DNA of 64,000 bases from an uncultured Acidimicrobiia bacterium (GTDB taxonomy: Bacteria; Actinomycetota; Acidimicrobiia; Spongiisociales; JAENVV01): positions 5,321 to 69,320 of the forward strand of contig CAWIFX010000005.1 in assembly GCA_963835515.1 (NCBI GenBank), in the 5' to 3' direction. Both the position numbers and the translations under genes were made by a program. Positions 49,603 to 59,286 of the stretch are shown here, piece by piece. The notes below the pieces were generated by a model that worked only from the letters and a program-made list of their open reading frames with translations, ran no database searches and was not told the DNA's origin. Within the stretch, counting starts at the first letter, position 1, and each line of letters opens with the position of its first letter.

Positions 49603-51402
49603 ATGAGCCACTACAAAGCCAACTTGCGAGATCAAGAGTTCAACCTGTTCGAGGCGAACCCGATCACCGAGTACCTCGACTCTTTTGGCGGTATGGATGA
49701 GGACACCGCCCGGATGATTCTGCGCGAAGTCGAGCGATTCGCCGTCGGGCCGTGGGGTGACTCATTCGTGGCGTCCGATCGTCACGAGCTGAAACTGGTC
49801 GATGGCGAAGTGGTCCTTCCCGACGAGATGAAGAAGTCCATCGACGCCTACCGCGAGGCAGGTTGGGCTCGTCTGTCTATGCCGGCGGAACTCGACGGAG
49901 CGGGAGCTCCACCTTCGGTTGTCATCGCCACACTTGAACTCATGACTGGTTCGCAACCGACCGCCTATTTCTACGCTTCGGGCGAGTTGATGGCCCGGGT
50001 GCTCTTTGATGAGGGTACAGCTGAACAGCGCAAGATCGCCGGGTACATGATGGATCGCAATTGGGGCGGCACGATGGTCCTGACCGAACCTGATGCGGGT
50101 TCCGACGTTGGGGCTGGCACGACCAAGGCTGTGCAACTCGATGGCGATATGTATGCGATCGAAGGCGTCAAGCGTTTCATCACCTCCGGGGAATTCGACC
50201 ACGCCGAGAACATCATTCACCTCGTTCTCGCCCGCCCGGAAGGGGCTGGCCCCGGCACCAAGGGCCTCTCGCTATTCATGGTTCCCAAGTTCCTCATCAA
50301 CGACGACGGTTCACTCGGTGAGCGCAACGGCGTGTACGCCACCAACATCGAAAAGAAGATGGGCATCAAGGGCTCGGCGACCTGCGAGTTGAGCTTCGGT
50401 ATCGAGACCCCCGCCTACGGGTGGCTCGTCGGTTCGAAACACGACGGGATCCGCCAGATGTTCCAGGTCATCGAACATGCCCGGATGCTCATCGGCACGA
50501 AGTCAACGGCCACGCTGTCGACCGGGTATCTCAACTCCCTGGCGTATGCCAAAGAGCGAGTCCAGGGACCGGACCTGACCATGGCGACCGATAAGACGGC
50601 TCCCCGGGTCGAGATCATCCGGCATCCGAACGTGCGCAGGATGCTGATGCTCCAGAAGGCCTATTCGGAGGGCCTGCGAGCTCTGGTCATGTATACCGCC
50701 TGGGTCCAGGATCAAATTGTTCTTCATCCCGAAGACGAATATCTTGAAGCGCTCAACGATCTCCTGCTTCCGATGGTCAAGGGCTATTCGTCTGAAAAGG
50801 CCTACGAGCTTCTGTCCACCTCCCTGCAGGTCTTCGGTGGGTCAGGTTTCACCATGGACTATCCCATCGAGCAGTACATTCGTGACGCCAAGATCGACAC
50901 GGTGTACGAAGGCACGACCGGCATCCAGGCCATGGATCTGTTCTTCCGCAAGATTGCCCACGATCAGGGGGCGACTCTGACCCGGATGGCCAGTCAGATC
51001 GTGGAGTTCGTCAAAGGCGGCGGCGACGACGATGTTCTCTCGTCTGAACGCGAATTGCTCGGCAAAGCCCTCGATGACGTGCAAGGTCAGCTCGGAGTTT
51101 TGGTCGGTTACCTGATGGCGTCTGTGCAAGACCGTCCGGAGATCTACAAGGCTGGCCTGCATCTGGATGGATTACTGAATTCGCTTTCGGAAGTCGTTAT
51201 TGGTTGGCTGCTTCTCCGGCACGCTGAGATTGCCGCAGCCAAGCTGCCGACCGCCAGTGGGGATGACGTGTTCTTCTATGAAGGGAAGATCGCCAGTGCC
51301 CGGTTCTTCGTCAGGGACGCGTTGCCGAACGTGGCGATTCGTCGGGCAGCTGCCGAGGGCGAAGATGGGGCGCTCATGTCACTATCCGATGAGGCTTTTT
51401 AG
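49603..51402 (+). CDS. Acyl-CoA dehydrogenase (FadE5-like)
   Basis: MSHYKANLRD, TMVLTEPDAGSDVG, KRFITSG, LQVFGGSGF, YEGTTGIQ. Confidence 0.93.
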   Translation: MSHYKANLRDQEFNLFEANPITEYLDSFGGMDEDTARMILREVERFAVGPWGDSFVASDRHELKLVDGEVVLPDEMKKSIDAYREAGWARLSMPAELDGAGAPPSVVIATLELMTGSQPTAYFYASGELMARVLFDEGTAEQRKIAGYMMDRNWGGTMVLTEPDAGSDVGAGTTKAVQLDGDMYAIEGVKRFITSGEFDHAENIIHLVLARPEGAGPGTKGLSLFMVPKFLINDDGSLGERNGVYATNIEKKMGIKGSATCELSFGIETPAYGWLVGSKHDGIRQMFQVIEHARMLIGTKSTATLSTGYLNSLAYAKERVQGPDLTMATDKTAPRVEIIRHPNVRRMLMLQKAYSEGLRALVMYTAWVQDQIVLHPEDEYLEALNDLLLPMVKGYSSEKAYELLSTSLQVFGGSGFTMDYPIEQYIRDAKIDTVYEGTTGIQAMDLFFRKIAHDQGATLTRMASQIVEFVKGGGDDDVLSSERELLGKALDDVQGQLGVLVGYLMASVQDRPEIYKAGLHLDGLLNSLSEVVIGWLLLRHAEIAAAKLPTASGDDVFFYEGKIASARFFVRDALPNVAIRRAAAEGEDGALMSLSDEAF

Positions 51403-52970
51403 CCGCCTGAATAGTTCGGGATCGGCTCGAGGGTGGTCAGAATGGCCAGCGCCTGGTTCCGGGCAACTTCGTCCGCTTCGGATCCGATCGCGCTGACAAC
51501 TTCGAGTGGTATGCCGTTGTAGACCAGGGTATTGACGCGGATCTGAGCATCGATCTCTCGCAGGCAACTCGACGCATAGTCCGGAATAATCGGACCAAGC
51601 TGGCCCACATCGAAAAACGAGGGCCACTGACGATCTGGTCGTGCCTGACCTACGGTGACGGACAAAACGACATCGTGGACCCCCATGTTTCTGATTGCCG
51701 CCACCGGGAAATGGCTGCATGACTGGCCGTCGTCTACTGGGGATTCGAAAGTAGTGACCGCCAGGATGCTGGCGCGATCAGAATTCCGGTCCGATGCAAA
51801 CCAATCGGACGGATGGGCAAATTGCCAGCTCGCCTGGGTGCCACTTGTCCACTGCGTCGACGGAACCGAGAGTATCTCGACCTGGGCGGAGTACCGATCG
51901 TCAACGCGCAGCTCGATGCCATCACTCGTGGAAACGATGTTGACGGTTGACGGAGCGGTGAACGGTTCGCCCGGGACCTGGCGGTGACGTCGAGCGGTCT
52001 GGCCGTCAGAGAAGTTGTTGCCAGCGATGCCAGCCTTTGAGTAGTAGCTCAGCGGGGGACTGAGATCCACCACCAGATTCCCACGAATGTCCGTTGGAGC
52101 GATGAGCTGGCCGACTTCCTCTGGACTCAGCTGCGAATCTTCTGGCACCTTCAAGACGAAGCTGTAGAAGCCTCCGACGACTCGGACAGTTCGGTCGTCG
52201 ACCTCGACGCGGGGAGCCCGTCGGTGAGGTGAGATCGACCAAAGCTGCCGACCAAACGGTTGGTCGGGACCGAGGGAGATCGCCGAGCCTACATCGAGGT
52301 ATTCCTGTTCAGGGAGGCCATCGATGGCGTACATGGCGCCGTCGCCCAACCATCCCACGATCGGGGTGATCACTGGTGCCGGACAAACCCTTTCAAAGGT
52401 CCTGTCGTACAAGGCGTCTTTGGTTAGATCGACTGCCATGCATCCACCAAACAGGAGGTCGTCGATCTTGTAGGCGGTTCCGGCTTCGGTATTCAAGACG
52501 AGGATGGGTTCGTCGAGATCGGGCGAGGCGACCTCGTTCAACAGATCTTTCATCGTCATAGGTACCTCGTCCCACGTGATGGTGGGGCCACCGGAACTGA
52601 GAACAAGATCGATTTCGTCGTAATCGAATACTTGCGCACCGGCCGGCGGTGTCTGGGCCGATACGGTTCCGACCTTTACCTGCGGGTTAGCGATCCAACT
52701 GGCACGCTCAACCGCCCGCCGATCGAGGCCGGCGTCGCGGAGTTGGTTCCCGGCGCCGATCAGACTGCTCCCCCGCAGATCGGGCATTATCGCGATCGCG
52801 AGACGCGGCGGTGTCGTGAGCTCAGCCGGGGTCGGGGTGGGTGAGTCAATGGATCCAAGGAGTAGCCAGGCTGCGACAACGGCACAACCGGCTGCGACGA
52901 GCAGAGAACCGGTAGGTCCTCGGCGAGCAGGCGGTTCCTCGTCGTAGAGGATTCTCTTTTGGTCGGTCAT
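51399..52970 (-). CDS. Membrane-anchored PASTA-domain protein (paralog 2)
   Basis: N-terminal TM; MPDLRG...GTVSAQTPPAG...LVLSSG. Confidence 0.75.
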   Translation of the reverse strand: MTDQKRILYDEEPPARRGPTGSLLVAAGCAVVAAWLLLGSIDSPTPTPAELTTPPRLAIAIMPDLRGSSLIGAGNQLRDAGLDRRAVERASWIANPQVKVGTVSAQTPPAGAQVFDYDEIDLVLSSGGPTITWDEVPMTMKDLLNEVASPDLDEPILVLNTEAGTAYKIDDLLFGGCMAVDLTKDALYDRTFERVCPAPVITPIVGWLGDGAMYAIDGLPEQEYLDVGSAISLGPDQPFGRQLWSISPHRRAPRVEVDDRTVRVVGGFYSFVLKVPEDSQLSPEEVGQLIAPTDIRGNLVVDLSPPLSYYSKAGIAGNNFSDGQTARRHRQVPGEPFTAPSTVNIVSTSDGIELRVDDRYSAQVEILSVPSTQWTSGTQASWQFAHPSDWFASDRNSDRASILAVTTFESPVDDGQSCSHFPVAAIRNMGVHDVVLSVTVGQARPDRQWPSFFDVGQLGPIIPDYASSCLREIDAQIRVNTLVYNGIPLEVVSAIGSEADEVARNQALAILTTLEPIPNYSGG

Positions 52971-52999
52971 CGCCTGTCGATTGTATGGTGTCCAATCCG

Positions 53000-54535
53000 T
53001 TACCGGTTATTGAGGTAGTCCGGTAGTGGCTCAAGACTGTCGAGGATCGCGAACGCCTGTTGGCGCGTCTCTAAGTCGGTGTCGGGTCCGAACCCGATGA
53101 CGATGTCGAGTGATCTTCCGTCATAAAACCGACTGCTCGTTCTGACTTCGACATCGAGGCCGTCCAGGCAATCGGGATCGGGGTCCAGCGCAGAAACGGG
53201 TCCGACATCCTCGGGGTCAAAGTGTTCCAGCCATACGCTGAAGTCGATGGAACTGCCATGAGCTACGTAAACGAGGGCGTCCGTGGGGCCCACCTGGCGC
53301 AGCAAACCGACGGGGTAAAGGCCGCACAGTTCCCCGGTACGGGTCGGCGCAAAAGTGGTCGCGCTGACCAGTTCCATCTCTGACAACTCGCCCGACTGCC
53401 ACATACCCGGCAGGGCGTGCTGCCATTCGGTGTCTCCGGAATCCACTCGCTTCCAGCTGGCAGGTATCAGAGAGGTCACTTCCGAGGTTTCGACGAACGC
53501 CGGGCTGATCGTGATCCAGGACTCGTTTTCGCTGGCGATAACGTCCGCATTGTCGAACCGTACGAGGGCGCTGCCGAAGTCCGACTCGACGAGTCCGGGG
53601 TGGCCAAACGTCAATGGTTCGGTCAAGTTCAGGACCAGGCTCCCGCGAATGTCGATCGGTTCAATGAGTGATGAGATCTGGTCGGCGAGTTCAGCCTGGC
53701 CAGCGGTCCACATGAAGTACTCGTCATAGCCACCGACGATCCGGATTCCGTTGGCCTCGACAGTGACAGCCGGAATGCGACGCACACTCCCAACGACCGA
53801 CTGGATGTCCCAGAACTGCTCGTCGAGTTGCAGGAGTGCCGAAGATGACTTGTGAGCCTGGCGAGGAAGCCCTTCGATCGCATACATGCCGCCGTTCGGC
53901 GTCCATCCGATGATCGTTTCCGGGGGACCGACCTTGCAGAGACCGACGAAATTTCGATCGTAGAAGGCGTTCTGTGCCAGTTCAACGGCGTCGCATGGCC
54001 CGAACAGGAGGTCGTCGGTTTTGTACACGCGACCGGTCGCGGTTTCGACCATCAGGACGGGTTCGGACCGGTCCGGGGTGTACTGGGTTGCGATGAGTTC
54101 CTGTAGATCGGTCGGCACTTCATCCCAGCTGATGGCCGGACCGCCTGCACTCATTGCGAGGGTCACCACGTTGATGTCAAAGACTTCTGTGCCGGCGGGA
54201 GGGGACTGCATGAAGGCCGCCCCGGCAGGGACCTCGGGGTTGGCCAACCACCTGGCCTGGCTGACGATGGTCGAGTCGAGTCCGGCATCACGGAGGAGAT
54301 CGACGACTTCGATGAGGTCGCGACCGACCAGGTCAGGCATGATCGCCAAAGGCTGTTGAGCAGGAGCGGTTATATCTGGCAGCGAATCCGATGGTACGTC
54401 GACTGGCGAACCCACCGAACCAAGGAGCGCCATCGCTGCGACGACGGCCACTGCGGCCGCGATGAGTGTTCCGATTCTGGCCGCGGGACGCTCGGTATGG
54501 TCCTCAAGAACGATGCGATCGTCGTCTGCGCTCAC
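53000..54535 (-). CDS. Membrane-anchored PASTA-domain protein (paralog 1)
   Basis: N-terminal TM; MPDLVG...QSPPAG...LAMSAG; collinear similarity to 51399-52970. Confidence 0.75.
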   Translation of the reverse strand: MSADDDRIVLEDHTERPAARIGTLIAAAVAVVAAMALLGSVGSPVDVPSDSLPDITAPAQQPLAIMPDLVGRDLIEVVDLLRDAGLDSTIVSQARWLANPEVPAGAAFMQSPPAGTEVFDINVVTLAMSAGGPAISWDEVPTDLQELIATQYTPDRSEPVLMVETATGRVYKTDDLLFGPCDAVELAQNAFYDRNFVGLCKVGPPETIIGWTPNGGMYAIEGLPRQAHKSSSALLQLDEQFWDIQSVVGSVRRIPAVTVEANGIRIVGGYDEYFMWTAGQAELADQISSLIEPIDIRGSLVLNLTEPLTFGHPGLVESDFGSALVRFDNADVIASENESWITISPAFVETSEVTSLIPASWKRVDSGDTEWQHALPGMWQSGELSEMELVSATTFAPTRTGELCGLYPVGLLRQVGPTDALVYVAHGSSIDFSVWLEHFDPEDVGPVSALDPDPDCLDGLDVEVRTSSRFYDGRSLDIVIGFGPDTDLETRQQAFAILDSLEPLPDYLNNR

Positions 54536-54614
54536 CAGCCGATCTTAGGGGCGGCTGGCGCTAAAAGGAACCGAGTGCGTGCCTGGCAACGACCTTGATC
54601 AGGCCGGTGGTTGG

Positions 54615-55013
54615 TCAGTGTGTGGCGGCTTTGCTTTGCACCATGATGCAAGGACCCGCCAGATACTCGAACTCGTTTGCTTCGAGATATTCGATGATGG
54701 CCGAGCTTTCGCTGCCTGGTTGATACCAGATCCGTTTGTAGCCAAGCTCGTTCGCTTGTTCAGCGATCGAGATGCCGATGTCTGCCGGGACGACAACGTC
54801 GATGATGTCGGGCTGCTCGGGCAAGTCTGCCAATGTCGAATAGGCCGGGTCGCCGTCGACCGTCTGACGGGTCGGGTTCACCGGAAAAACGCGATAGCCC
54901 TTGCGCTTCAGATCTCGGTAGATCTTGCCACCGAATTTGAACGGGTCGTCGGTGGCACCCACGATCGCGATCGTCGAGTTATGGTCGGCGAGTAGATCCT
55001 CAAAAGTACTCAT
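54615..55013 (-). CDS. CoA-binding protein (YccU-like)
   Basis: IAIVGAT, VFPVNP, WYQPG, GPCIMV. Confidence 0.9.
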   Translation of the reverse strand: MSTFEDLLADHNSTIAIVGATDDPFKFGGKIYRDLKRKGYRVFPVNPTRQTVDGDPAYSTLADLPEQPDIIDVVVPADIGISIAEQANELGYKRIWYQPGSESSAIIEYLEANEFEYLAGPCIMVQSKAATH

Positions 55014-55026
55014 GGTGCGAGCCAGG

Positions 55027-55881
55027 CTAGCGATATTGTTGAACGAACTCGGCAAGGAATTCGAGCTGTTCGGCAACTTCGGCCGGTTCCCCTTGCGGCA
55101 GCCCGAACAATGCTCGAGCAAAACCTGCCTCAATAAGCGGGTCGACGTACTTTGTCTCTGGCCGGACCTGGAAGACGCCAAGTTCGATTGTCGCTGGATC
55201 GCGTCCGGCGTCCTCGGATGCTCTCCGGAGGTGGGTTACCTGTTCGAGGACGGGAGTGCGACCGGCGATGGGCATCCAGCCGTCACAGAATTCGATGATG
55301 TGCTGGAACGTCTTGGGCCCGCCCGACGAACCGAGTATCACCGGCGGGTGAGGCTTGGTGGTCGGCTTCGGCCACGACCAGCTCGAAGAGAAGTTGACGT
55401 GATCGCCGGCGAAGGCTGCTTCTTCCTTGGTCCACAACTCTTTCATGGCGAGGATCTTTTCTCGGACGACGGCTCGCCGCTCGGCGTACTTCACTCCGTG
55501 GTGGGCCATCTCCTCCTTGTTCCAGCCGTATCCGATGCCGAACAGGAGGCGACCGCCCGAGATCATGTCGAGCGAAGCGACTTCCTTCGCCAGCCAGATC
55601 GGGTCGCGCTGGGCGACCAGGGTGATGCCGGTCCCTAACTTGAGGGTGGTGGTGACGGCTGCGGCCGCGGTGAGCGCCACAAACTGATCGTGGGTGCGCC
55701 AATATTGCTCGGGGAGCGGCGGCGCTCCCTCCCTGCCGCCCCAGGGCGTGGTGCGATCGGTGGGAATGTGGCTGTGCTCTGGAAACCACAGCGACTCAAA
55801 GCCGAGTTCCTCGGTGCGTTTGGCCAGATCCATCGGCTGCATCGTCGTATCGGTCGGGAAGATATTCACACCAAAATCCAT
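55027..55881 (-). CDS. LLM-class F420-dependent oxidoreductase
   Basis: LWFPEHSHIP, LGTGITL, LAKEVASLD, GYGWNKEE, DGWMP. Confidence 0.92.
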   Translation of the reverse strand: MDFGVNIFPTDTTMQPMDLAKRTEELGFESLWFPEHSHIPTDRTTPWGGREGAPPLPEQYWRTHDQFVALTAAAAVTTTLKLGTGITLVAQRDPIWLAKEVASLDMISGGRLLFGIGYGWNKEEMAHHGVKYAERRAVVREKILAMKELWTKEEAAFAGDHVNFSSSWSWPKPTTKPHPPVILGSSGGPKTFQHIIEFCDGWMPIAGRTPVLEQVTHLRRASEDAGRDPATIELGVFQVRPETKYVDPLIEAGFARALFGLPQGEPAEVAEQLEFLAEFVQQYR

Positions 55882-55908
55882 CCCGTCACCCTACCAACCC
55901 GCTTGACC

Positions 55909-56051
55909 GCTGGAACCCAGGGTTCAACCCTGGGTTCGTGTGCGCGGATTCCGATAGCTGTGGCCCCAAGAACGAGACGGAGCGTTAGCTGGAACCCTGG
56001 GTTTAACCCAGGGTTCGTGTGCGCGGATTCCGATAGCTGTAGCCCTGAGAA
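55909..56051. repeat. Two direct copies (64 bp, period 79) of a palindrome-containing element
   Basis: Copies at 55909-55972 and 55988-56051: GCTGGAACCCWGGGTTYAACCCWGGGTTCGTGTGCGCGGATTCCGATAGCTGTRGCCC..AGAA. Confidence 0.9.
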
Positions 56052-56130
56052 TGGGTCGGTTGGGTGGCCGGTGCCCAGCGTGGGACGTCGTTTCAGCTCG
56101 TCCGGGGCTGACGAGCGCTACCGTTGACGC

Positions 56131-58356
56131 ATGACTACCACGTCGATCAGAACCTGCCCGCTCTGTGAAGCGACCTGCGGTCTCGAGCTGACTATTGAAG
56201 AGGGCTCGGTCAAGGTCATTCGGGGCGACAAGGACGATGTCTTCTCTCATGGATTCATCTGCCCGAAGGGCACCACCCTCGGCCGACTGCATGAGGATCC
56301 GGACCGACTGAGAATGCCGCTCATCAAGAAGAACGGTGAGTTCGTCGAGGTGGGGTGGGATGAGGCCATCGCCGCCGCCGGAGCAGGACTCCGCCGCATC
56401 ATTGACCAACACGGCGCGTCGGCCACGGCGGCCTATGTTGGGAATCCCAACGTCCACAACCTGGCCGGCAGCCTCTATCTGCGTCCGCTGTTGAAGGCCC
56501 TCGGCAGTCCGAACGTCTTCTCTGCTTCGACGGTCGATCAGATGCCCAAGCACGTTTCGTGTGGTGCCATGTTTGGTAACCCTGACCTGATTCCGGTGCC
56601 GGACATTGACCGAACCGACTATCTCCTCATGCTCGGCGCCGATCCATACGAATCAAACGGGTCATTGGCGACGGCGCCGGATTGGCCGGGTCGCATGGCG
56701 GCTATCCAGGAACGTGGCGGCAAGATCGTCACCGTCGATCCTCGAAAGTCCAAGACAGCCAAGGCGTCAGACGAGCATCTCTTCATTCGCCCGGGGACCG
56801 ACGCCACCTGGTTGGCTGCCCTCATCACGACGGTCCTTGAGGCAGGGGATCCTGAGCTACCTGAATTCATGATCGGTCTGGCGGATGCCAAAGAGGCGCT
56901 GGCCGGGTTCACGGCCGAGTCGGTTGCCGCCGCCACGACCATTCCTGCTGAGACCACCCGCCGTATTGCCTCCGAGTTCGCCAACGCTCAGACCGCGGTT
57001 GCCTATGGACGGATGGGTACGCACACCACCGAGTTCGGGACGCTTGCCTCATGGTTGGCCGATCTCCTCAACGCAGTTACCGGCAATCTTGACGCCCCTG
57101 GCGGTGCCATGTTCCCGATGGCGGCCATCGTCACTCCGCAGTCCAGTCCGGGCGGTCGGGGATTTCAAACCGGGCGTTACCGGTCCCGGGTTGGTGACCA
57201 CCCCGAAGTCAGGGGCGAGATGCCGTCGGCTGCTCTGGTCGGGGAAATCGAAACTCCTGGCGAAGGTCAGGTCCGGGCGCTGCTGGTCGTCGGGGGCAAT
57301 CCAGCCCGGTCCATTCCCGATTCGGAACGAGTCGAAGCCGCGCTCGACGAGTTGGAGTTCATGGTGGCCGTTGACGTCTACCTCACCGAGACCGCCCGCC
57401 ATGCCGACGTCGTCTTGCCGCCGCCTTCGGTTCTCGAGCGTGCCCATTTCGATGTGGCGTTCACGTCGCTCATGGTGCGTAACACCGCCAACTATTCACC
57501 ACCCACGTTCGACAAGCCCGATGATCACCCCGCTGAATGGGAGATTCTCCTCGGCCTGACGGCCGCCGTCCAGGGGAACGATCTGCCCGTCGCCCACATG
57601 GACGAAGCCGGGGCAGCAGCTCTCCTGGCCAAGGCACTAACCAATCCGGCGTCGCCGGCATTCGGTACTGATCAGGTCGTCGCCTGGGATGCGGTATCGC
57701 GCTTCACGGGTCCGCAACGGATTCTCGACATACGCCTCCGGACCGGGCCCTATGGCGACGGATTCGGATCCAACCCGGAAGGACTCAGCCTTCAGAAGCT
57801 GATTGACAACCCGCATGGTCTTGACCTCGGGCCTCTCGAACCCCGGCTCCCGCTGGCTTCCAACAACACCGATGGCCAGGTCCACCTCGCCCCACCCCAG
57901 TTCGTCGCCGATGTGCCCCGGCTGGCGGCGATCCTCGAGCGGACAGCGGACCCGTTCGTCCTGGTCGGGCGGCGGCAGCTTCGGTCGAACAACTCGTGGA
58001 TGCACAACGTGGAAGTGCTCGTTAAAGGCAAAGACCGGTGCACGCTGATGATGAACCCGTCCGACGCTGACGCACTCGGAGTTGCAGCGGGAGGATCGGT
58101 CACCGTCAAATCGGAGGCTGGTCAAGTCGATGCCCCGGTCGAGTTATCCGAGGACATCATGGCCGGAGTGGTTTCGTTGCCGCATGGGTGGGGACACGAC
58201 GATCCGGAGGCTCGTCTCACCGTGGCGGCGAGGCGTCCCGGCGTGAACTCCAACGTCCTTTCCAACCGGACGGCTATCGATCCTCTGTCCGGCAACGCCC
58301 GCCTGAACGGGATCCCGGTCGAGTTAGCCCGAGTGAGTTCCAATCGGGCGGGCTAA
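56131..58356 (+). CDS. Molybdopterin-dependent oxidoreductase (DMSO reductase family, N-terminal 4Fe-4S)
   Basis: CPLCEATC...CPKG, VDVYLTETARHADVVLP, GRRQLRSNNSWMHN, SLPHGWG. Confidence 0.92.
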   Translation: MTTTSIRTCPLCEATCGLELTIEEGSVKVIRGDKDDVFSHGFICPKGTTLGRLHEDPDRLRMPLIKKNGEFVEVGWDEAIAAAGAGLRRIIDQHGASATAAYVGNPNVHNLAGSLYLRPLLKALGSPNVFSASTVDQMPKHVSCGAMFGNPDLIPVPDIDRTDYLLMLGADPYESNGSLATAPDWPGRMAAIQERGGKIVTVDPRKSKTAKASDEHLFIRPGTDATWLAALITTVLEAGDPELPEFMIGLADAKEALAGFTAESVAAATTIPAETTRRIASEFANAQTAVAYGRMGTHTTEFGTLASWLADLLNAVTGNLDAPGGAMFPMAAIVTPQSSPGGRGFQTGRYRSRVGDHPEVRGEMPSAALVGEIETPGEGQVRALLVVGGNPARSIPDSERVEAALDELEFMVAVDVYLTETARHADVVLPPPSVLERAHFDVAFTSLMVRNTANYSPPTFDKPDDHPAEWEILLGLTAAVQGNDLPVAHMDEAGAAALLAKALTNPASPAFGTDQVVAWDAVSRFTGPQRILDIRLRTGPYGDGFGSNPEGLSLQKLIDNPHGLDLGPLEPRLPLASNNTDGQVHLAPPQFVADVPRLAAILERTADPFVLVGRRQLRSNNSWMHNVEVLVKGKDRCTLMMNPSDADALGVAAGGSVTVKSEAGQVDAPVELSEDIMAGVVSLPHGWGHDDPEARLTVAARRPGVNSNVLSNRTAIDPLSGNARLNGIPVELARVSSNRAG

Positions 58357-58360
58357 CTAC

Positions 58361-58780
58361 TTGGCTGCGACTCTTGCGCTCGTTTTCGCAGCGGTCGCTT
58401 GCAGCGGCAACGATTCTGCTCGGATCGAAGGAGTCTGGCTCCTGGATTCGGTCGCGGTCGACGGTGTGTTCCTCGATCTTGAACCAGAGCTCTCTGCACG
58501 CAACGAGCTCGGCGTGCCGGCTTGGGTCGCATTCGGAGCCCAAGCGGGTCTTTCGGGGGCCGGGCCTTGTAACGACTTCTCGGGTCAATATGTCTTCGAT
58601 GGAACTCATCTCGCGTCGAGTGATGTGTACTCCGAGCTTCAGGGATGTACCGGTGATTCCCGGGCACTTGAGGAGCTCGTTGTGGACTTGTTGGCTTCGG
58701 CCGACGTGCACTTCTCCAGTGACGTCCGCATGCAGTGGCAAGGCGAAAACGCCATCGTGACTTTCCGGAGACAACCATGA
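58361..58780 (+). CDS. META-domain lipoprotein
   Basis: Lipobox AVAC; GVWLLDS; SGAGPCNDFSGQY; second Cys in ELQGC. Confidence 0.7.
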   Translation: MAATLALVFAAVACSGNDSARIEGVWLLDSVAVDGVFLDLEPELSARNELGVPAWVAFGAQAGLSGAGPCNDFSGQYVFDGTHLASSDVYSELQGCTGDSRALEELVVDLLASADVHFSSDVRMQWQGENAIVTFRRQP

Positions 58781-59286
58781 GATTCGAAGCGTCCGGGCGG
58801 TGGATCAAGAAGCGGGCAGTCAGCTTGATCGTTTTTGTCTTTGCCCTCATCATTGCGACCGCGGTCCTCATCGGCGTCTTCTGGGTTGTCAATGGCGAAC
58901 TCCCGCCAGTCTTGGATCCCGAGCGAGCCGATGTGAAGGCCCAGCTTGCCGACTTCTCCGTAAGCACAGACCTGTTGTTTGCCTACAACAGTGCTGCACT
59001 CGAAGCAGACGCTGTTCAGCGTCTCGATGCGATCGCCGGATACCTGGCTGACCACCCGACCTATCCGATTGTCGTGGCCGGCCATGCCGACTCGACGGGC
59101 GAACCGGACTACAACCTCGGGTTGAGTAAAGCTCGAGCTGAGGCAGTGGTCGTCTACTTAATCACCGCGGGAGTCACCAACGAGCTGGAATCGATTGGAT
59201 ACGGAGATACGGAGCCGATCGCGACCAACAGCACTGAAGAGGGGCGAGCAGCCAATCGAAGAGTGAGCTTCGAAATCGCTGGTTGA
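58777..59286 (+). CDS. Membrane-anchored OmpA/MotB-like peptidoglycan-binding protein
   Basis: TM; FAYNSA, GHADSTG, NLGLSKARA, GYGDTEP, NRRV; ATGA overlap. Confidence 0.9.
   Translation: MRFEASGRWIKKRAVSLIVFVFALIIATAVLIGVFWVVNGELPPVLDPERADVKAQLADFSVSTDLLFAYNSAALEADAVQRLDAIAGYLADHPTYPIVVAGHADSTGEPDYNLGLSKARAEAVVVYLITAGVTNELESIGYGDTEPIATNSTEEGRAANRRVSFEIAG

Noticed and set aside
55909-56051. Possible CRISPR array
   Set aside because: Only two units, a 64-bp repeat with a 15-bp spacer, and no cas genes.
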